This document shows, in pieces, positions 59,240 to 64,000 of a stretch of 64,000 nt of DNA. Within the stretch, counting starts at the first letter, position 1. Each line of letters starts with the position of its first letter. The notes beneath the pieces were generated by a model. It was not told where the DNA came from and did no database searches. It was given only the letters and a program-made list of their open reading frames with translations. Source of the stretch: Vulcanimicrobiota bacterium (GTDB taxonomy: Bacteria; Vulcanimicrobiota; Xenobia; Xenobiales; JADMJV01); NCBI GenBank assembly GCA_050250895.1, contig JBFWNU010000008.1:256001-320000 (forward strand). Direction: 5' to 3'. The position numbers and the translations under genes were made by a program.

Positions 59240-59707
59240 TCAGGCGACCAGGATGTAGCGCTCGGCGGTGCCGGCCCCGGGGCAGAGGTTCCATTCCTGG
59301 GGCATCAGGCTGAAAGGGGTTTCTTCGCGGCGGGGCTCGGCAGTCGAGAAGACGGTGGTGTCTTGCACGGCCGGGCCTTGAGGGATGTTCTCTTCGCCCA
59401 GGGTGGTGCGGTCGGCCAGCAGCCAACCGAAAGGAACCACCGTTTCTTCTTCGGCCGGTTTCTTGGCCTCGGTATCCTGGTCGCGCTTGGCGTCTTTGAG
59501 CTTGGGAACGAACCCGATCTGGGTCATGCGCCGGAGGTAGGTCGCCAGGGAGGGATGCTTGGTCTCTTCCTCGTTGCGGCGGGCCAGCACATCGCTGTAG
59601 GTGGCGCCATTGAGGGCCTCGCCGTCGTCGACGCGGGCAATGGCGCCGGCGATGGCACTTTTCCAGGCGACTTCCCTGGCTGCTATGGCTCTGATCGGGG
59701 AGATCAT
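59240..59707 (-). CDS. Hypothetical protein
   Basis: 155 aa, S/P/I-rich N-terminus, with its own promoter. Confidence 0.65.
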   Translation of the reverse strand: MISPIRAIAAREVAWKSAIAGAIARVDDGEALNGATYSDVLARRNEEETKHPSLATYLRRMTQIGFVPKLKDAKRDQDTEAKKPAEEETVVPFGWLLADRTTLGEENIPQGPAVQDTTVFSTAEPRREETPFSLMPQEWNLCPGAGTAERYILVA

Positions 59708-59832
59708 TTCACATCTAGCCTAATCTGGGGGCCTGAAAGATGTCTGAAAACAGACATGTGGGCCCCTTCTCCTCTATTGTAGTCCTGGCCAGGGGCTAAA
59801 GATGTAACAAAGATGTGAACGGTTCGCCAGGG

Positions 59833-62800
59833 CTAGCCCTTTTCGGCGTGGGCCTTGGCGATCTCGTCGAGGCGTTGATCCGAGCGGCGGATGCGACCGG
59901 TCAGGACCTTGAAGATCTCGAAGGCGATCTCGGGCATCTGGAAGACCAGTTCTTTGAGCTGCTCGCCTTTGAGCACCAGCACTCGAGTGTCGGCCATGGC
60001 CACCACACTGGCGCTCCGGGGTTCATCATCGAGAATGGCCATTTCGCCAAAATACTGGCCGGCCCCGATGGTGGTGAGCATCAGTTGTTCTGAGCTGCCG
60101 TGGTTGATGAAGATGCCGACCTCTCCTTCGACCACGACATAGAGTTCATCGCCCACGTCTCCCTCGCGAAAGATCATCTCTCCCTTGAGATATTGCTCTT
60201 CTGAGAGCAACTGATTGATGGCCTCGAGTTGCTCGAGGGTCATCTGCGAGAACAACGGAACCTGGCGCAGGACCAGGAGATGCTCCATGACTTCCTCCCG
60301 GCCGTGGGCTTCGCCCGAACCGTTCGACGAGCCTTCTGCGGCCATGCGGATCCATGGGTTTTCGCTGTCTTTGACCAGCTTCTCGACCTCTTCGAAGTTG
60401 GACGGTCCGTTGACCTGGCCCCGGACGGACGGCAGCTTGTCGTCGAGCGTGCCCTCTTCGAGCATCAATACCAGCAGACTCGAGGCTTCGCGGTCGCCGA
60501 GGTTGGAGAGCACTTCGAGGGCATCGGCGCGGACCCGGCTATTGGCGAAGCGCAGCACCTTTTCGACGCTACGAATCAGACTGCCGCCCTCGACCGCCTC
60601 CAGGATACGAAAGGCTAGAAAGCGATGATTCTTGACTGCATTGTCGAGCGAGAGCTTGAGAAATCGAAGGCGCCGATCCTGAGAATCGGGGGTATAGTGC
60701 AGCGCCATCTGATAAGTCCAGGCGTGACGCACCCGCTCGCGCAGCTCGCGCGCCAACACCTCGCGGGTGCCCACTCGCGAGGCCTGGCCGAAGGCTGCCA
60801 CGGCGGCCGTGGCCGTGCGGACACTTTCGCTCGAGAGATAGACCGAAGCCGCCTTGAGGCCTCCCATCGGTTCGAGCTGCGCCAGCTGTTCGGCCGCCAA
60901 CTGGCGCACCTCGCGCGACTCGTCGCGCAGACTCCGGGCCAGGATTCCCAGGGCGTCCGGGTCGCGCTGGCCCTTGAGGGCCAGCAGACGCACGGCCGCC
61001 AAACGTTCGGCCGAATGCGGACTGTTCTGGTGGTGCTTGAGCCGATCCAGCGATAGGGCGTCGAGATGATGGCGGGCGCAGCACTCGAGGGCGCCCGCTC
61101 GAATGGCCGGCTCGGAATGGTCGCAGAGGGGATCGATGCGCTGGACCAATTCGACCGGAAGCCGTTCTAAAGCGGCCGAGACCGCCCGCGGGTCTTCGGA
61201 CTCGAGCATCGAAACCAGATGTTGGTCCCCTACTGGGCCGCAGCGAAGGCAGGCCTCGGCCTGGACCAGCAGGTCGGCGTCGTCGAGGAGAAATTCGAAG
61301 TCGTCAAAGTGCAGCATGGGGAAGGCCTCGACGGCCGCCAGGCGCACCGAAGGATCCGCGTCTTTGAGGGCTCTGCGTCCCTCGGTCAGGTAGCGTTTGT
61401 TGTCGTAGCGAGCCAGGGCTCGCAGGCAGGCCCGACGGAGCCGGGGCTCGGGATGAGAGAGGCCCTCGACGATGGGCTCGAAGTGGCTCTGGCGGGCGAA
61501 AGTGTCGATCAGGGGCAGGACCGTCTTGGTGGGAGCTCCCTCGTTGAGCAGTCGGCGCCAGACTTCGGCCAGCCGCGACAATTCGAAGGCGCCGACTTCT
61601 GAGCCGAGTTCGGTCAGGTCGAGCCGACCGGCCCGTAGTTCGGTGATGAGGGTCTTGAGATATTCTTCGCGCACTTTGAGGTTGGCGCACAGATAGATGA
61701 CGGCGGTGAAACCGCCGGCCAGGCAAAGGCGAAAAGCCGTGAGTCGGTCGCTGAGAAACAGCAGGGCCACCCCCGCGGCCACCATGCCGGTGTAGACCAC
61801 CATACCCTCGAGAAAGGCCCGCATGCGTCCCCGGAAGCGCGCGGGGAGAGCGTTGTAGACGAGGTTTCGGATGGGTCCCGAGATGGCGTTTTCGACCGTC
61901 TCGCGGTTGATGCGGGCCACGCAGGCGGCCGGCAGCGCATAGGAGGTAGCGAGATATCCGAAGGAGAGCACCGTGAGGATCGGATGGACCACGTTCGAGG
62001 CGGCCACCCCCAGACGGGTGATGAGAAAGGGAGTGATGACGACCTCGAGCAGGATCTCGAGCAGGTTGGTGGCGGCCAGGAAAGCGCCTAGAAAGACCGC
62101 CAGTTTGCGCTCGTCAGGAAAAGCATGGGCCAGAATGTCAGAGTAGAGATACTGCAGCACGAAGAGCGACAGGACCATGGCCACTGCCGAGGCCATCAGC
62201 CATCTTCCCAGCGACGATTGGCGCAGATAGAGAACCGAGGCCCGCATGCCGTCAAACGAGGTTTCGTCGGCCTCTTCTAACTCGAGGGGTCCCCAGCGGC
62301 GCAAGTTGCGCCGGGAGGTGCGTAGCAGCACCGCCGCCCCCAGCAGGCTGAGCACCCAGGCCGCCAGGAGGAGTAAGGCTCCGGTAGGAGAGGAGGCCAG
62401 CAGTCCCGCCAGAAGCCCTCCGGCCAGGCCACCAAAGCTGCCGCCCACGGTAAACAGAGGGAACAACCGCTTGGAACTCAGGGTGTCGAAATAGTCACCC
62501 GTGAAGGTCCAGAAGTGATTGGTGAGCACGGCCAGAGCTAGATAGTAGAGGCAAAAGAGGGCGGGAAAGGTCCAGCCCACTCCCAGGGCCGCGCCATAGG
62601 CGCAGCCCCCCACGGCCACGGCCAAAATGCCGAGGATTTTGATGAAATAGGCGTCGTTGCGAGAGCGGTCAACCCCTAGCGCATAGACCAGCGAGCCGAA
62701 GACGGTCACCAACGAGGCGGCCACGAAGGTTTGCGGAAGGATACCGGCCCCAAAGCGGGTCAAGAGAAGCGACTCGGCTCCGACCAGACCGAGGGTCTGG

Positions 62801-62895
62801 GCCAGGTTGATGAGACCTAACAGGCTCAGGAAAAAGAGAAACCGGGCCCGTTCGGTCGGGCGAACGGAGGCCAGGACCCGCCAGAAAAGGTTCAT
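59833..62895 (-). CDS. NTT/TLC-like MFS transporter fused to HEAT repeats and a cNMP-binding domain
   Basis: HFWTF..D.F....KRLFPL, HEAT repeats, and FGEMAIL..EPRSAS. Confidence 0.85.
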   Translation of the reverse strand: MNLFWRVLASVRPTERARFLFFLSLLGLINLAQTLGLVGAESLLLTRFGAGILPQTFVAASLVTVFGSLVYALGVDRSRNDAYFIKILGILAVAVGGCAYGAALGVGWTFPALFCLYYLALAVLTNHFWTFTGDYFDTLSSKRLFPLFTVGGSFGGLAGGLLAGLLASSPTGALLLLAAWVLSLLGAAVLLRTSRRNLRRWGPLELEEADETSFDGMRASVLYLRQSSLGRWLMASAVAMVLSLFVLQYLYSDILAHAFPDERKLAVFLGAFLAATNLLEILLEVVITPFLITRLGVAASNVVHPILTVLSFGYLATSYALPAACVARINRETVENAISGPIRNLVYNALPARFRGRMRAFLEGMVVYTGMVAAGVALLFLSDRLTAFRLCLAGGFTAVIYLCANLKVREEYLKTLITELRAGRLDLTELGSEVGAFELSRLAEVWRRLLNEGAPTKTVLPLIDTFARQSHFEPIVEGLSHPEPRLRRACLRALARYDNKRYLTEGRRALKDADPSVRLAAVEAFPMLHFDDFEFLLDDADLLVQAEACLRCGPVGDQHLVSMLESEDPRAVSAALERLPVELVQRIDPLCDHSEPAIRAGALECCARHHLDALSLDRLKHHQNSPHSAERLAAVRLLALKGQRDPDALGILARSLRDESREVRQLAAEQLAQLEPMGGLKAASVYLSSESVRTATAAVAAFGQASRVGTREVLARELRERVRHAWTYQMALHYTPDSQDRRLRFLKLSLDNAVKNHRFLAFRILEAVEGGSLIRSVEKVLRFANSRVRADALEVLSNLGDREASSLLVLMLEEGTLDDKLPSVRGQVNGPSNFEEVEKLVKDSENPWIRMAAEGSSNGSGEAHGREEVMEHLLVLRQVPLFSQMTLEQLEAINQLLSEEQYLKGEMIFREGDVGDELYVVVEGEVGIFINHGSSEQLMLTTIGAGQYFGEMAILDDEPRSASVVAMADTRVLVLKGEQLKELVFQMPEIAFEIFKVLTGRIRRSDQRLDEIAKAHAEKG

Positions 62896-62907
62896 CAGGC
62901 TGTTGTG

Positions 62908-63492
62908 TTAGCCGTCTTTGTTCTTTGCCCTTCTGGCTCGCCAACGTCGTAGCAGGAGAAACGCGATCAGTCCGCCGGCCAGGGCGGCCACGAAAGCGAC
63001 CACCGGGGCGACCAGGGCCGTCACGCCCAAACCCAGGGCGGCCACATCTTCGCAGGTACTCTTGACGGGGGCGGCTACTCCGGCGGTGGCGGTGTTGGCG
63101 GCCACTCGGGTACCGGTTTTGAGCAGGTGGATGGGCAAAGTGGCTCCGCCGGCCAGACAAACGGCGGCCACGTAGGCCACCAGGGGGTTGTCGTGGCTGA
63201 TCACGGCCAGCACGGCCACGGCTCCGGCGGTGGGGCGTACGGCCGTGTAGACGGTGTCGAGAGCGGTGTCGACGGCCGGAACCTTGTCGGCGCCGATCTC
63301 GAAAATGGTGGCCGAGCCCAGCGCGATCAGGGCGGGCGTCGAACTAAGCCAGGCGAAGGCGGGGGCCAACTGGTAGACATCCGCCCAACCCATACGAAAG
63401 CCGAGACCCAGCAGAAAGAGCGGAAGAAATGCCCTGAAGCCGGCGGTAGCAGCCAGGCTGGCGCCCAGGAAAAGGCTGATGATGATGTCCAC
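62908..63492 (-). CDS. DUF4126 family membrane protein
   Basis: LAATAGFRAFLP, EIGADKVPAVD and S.CED. Confidence 0.88.
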   Translation of the reverse strand: MDIIISLFLGASLAATAGFRAFLPLFLLGLGFRMGWADVYQLAPAFAWLSSTPALIALGSATIFEIGADKVPAVDTALDTVYTAVRPTAGAVAVLAVISHDNPLVAYVAAVCLAGGATLPIHLLKTGTRVAANTATAGVAAPVKSTCEDVAALGLGVTALVAPVVAFVAALAGGLIAFLLLRRWRARRAKNKDG

Positions 63493-63498
63493 GATCGA

Positions 63499-64000
63499 CT
63501 AGTTCGTTTTTGAGTCGTTTTTTCCTTTAGGCAAATCGCGCTGGGGAAGCCGAAACCAGAACTCGGTTCCGTTCGGAGGCTCGCTTCGCACCCCGAGTTG
63601 GCCCCCATGCGCTTCCACCGCCATGCGGCAGAAGGCCAGACCCAGCCCGGTGCTGTAGCGATGCCTCTTGCCAGCCTGAACGAACTTCTGGAACAGCCTC
63701 TGCTGGTCTTCTGGGCTGATCCCCGGGCCGTTGTCGCGGATGGCGAAATGGATGGCATCCTCGGTTCGAATCAGCTCGAGTTCTACTCGTCCGTCTTCTT
63801 TGGGAGCATATTTGGCGGCGTTGTCGAGCAGGTTGACCAGCACGCGGCGAATCATTTCAGGGTCGCAGGCGAAGGGTTGCTGGTCGGTGCCGCTGACCAC
63901 CAGCTGAGATTGGCTGCCGGTGAGGGGGCGCGAGCTTTCCAGAGCGGCGGCCACCACGGCTTCGGTGGTCGTTTCTTCGACATTCAACTCGAAATCGGCC
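63499..64000 (-). CDS. Sensor histidine kinase, C-terminal HATPase part (5' end beyond window edge)
   Basis: NLLDNAAKY, DNGPGI and TGLGLAFC. Confidence 0.9.
   Translation of the reverse strand, partial: ADFELNVEETTTEAVVAAALESSRPLTGSQSQLVVSGTDQQPFACDPEMIRRVLVNLLDNAAKYAPKEDGRVELELIRTEDAIHFAIRDNGPGISPEDQQRLFQKFVQAGKRHRYSTGLGLAFCRMAVEAHGGQLGVRSEPPNGTEFWFRLPQRDLPKGKNDSKTN

Overview
High-GC bacterial chromosome window from a diderm organism (LptD-like gene present). The gene families resemble Vulcanimicrobiota/Eremiobacterota-type genomes, but that taxonomy is my inference. Positions 1-~4290 are one end of an integrated element at a tRNA-Arg(CCT): a DnaB-like helicase that runs off the window and is missing from the ORF track, then xis-like, Cro-like, XRE repressor and tyrosine integrase genes in a SaPI/PICI-like order. 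The rest is mostly core or lineage-specific genes: pcs, an NlpC/P60 hydrolase, an SLT transglycosylase, terC, hppA, rph, cutA, ferredoxin, lptD-like, hydA/upp, a PilV/W/X-like cassette, vapBC, an OmpR-type two-component system, a Ser/Thr kinase, an FHA-GGDEF protein, a GcvT-like plus two FAD-oxidoreductase operon, a SWIM/large-helical gene pair, a JmjC plus BpsA-like pair and an NTT-HEAT-cNMP transporter. The most notable observations are: (1) tandem LeuA-family paralogs that have degenerated in complementary ways, suggesting an obligate catalytic/pseudoenzyme heterodimer; (2) a predicted ~55-nt countertranscript RNA and a terminator controlling the element's helicase; (3) a shared, position-conserved promoter motif upstream of several orphan genes; (4) a 74-bp MITE-like element at the hppA stop codon.
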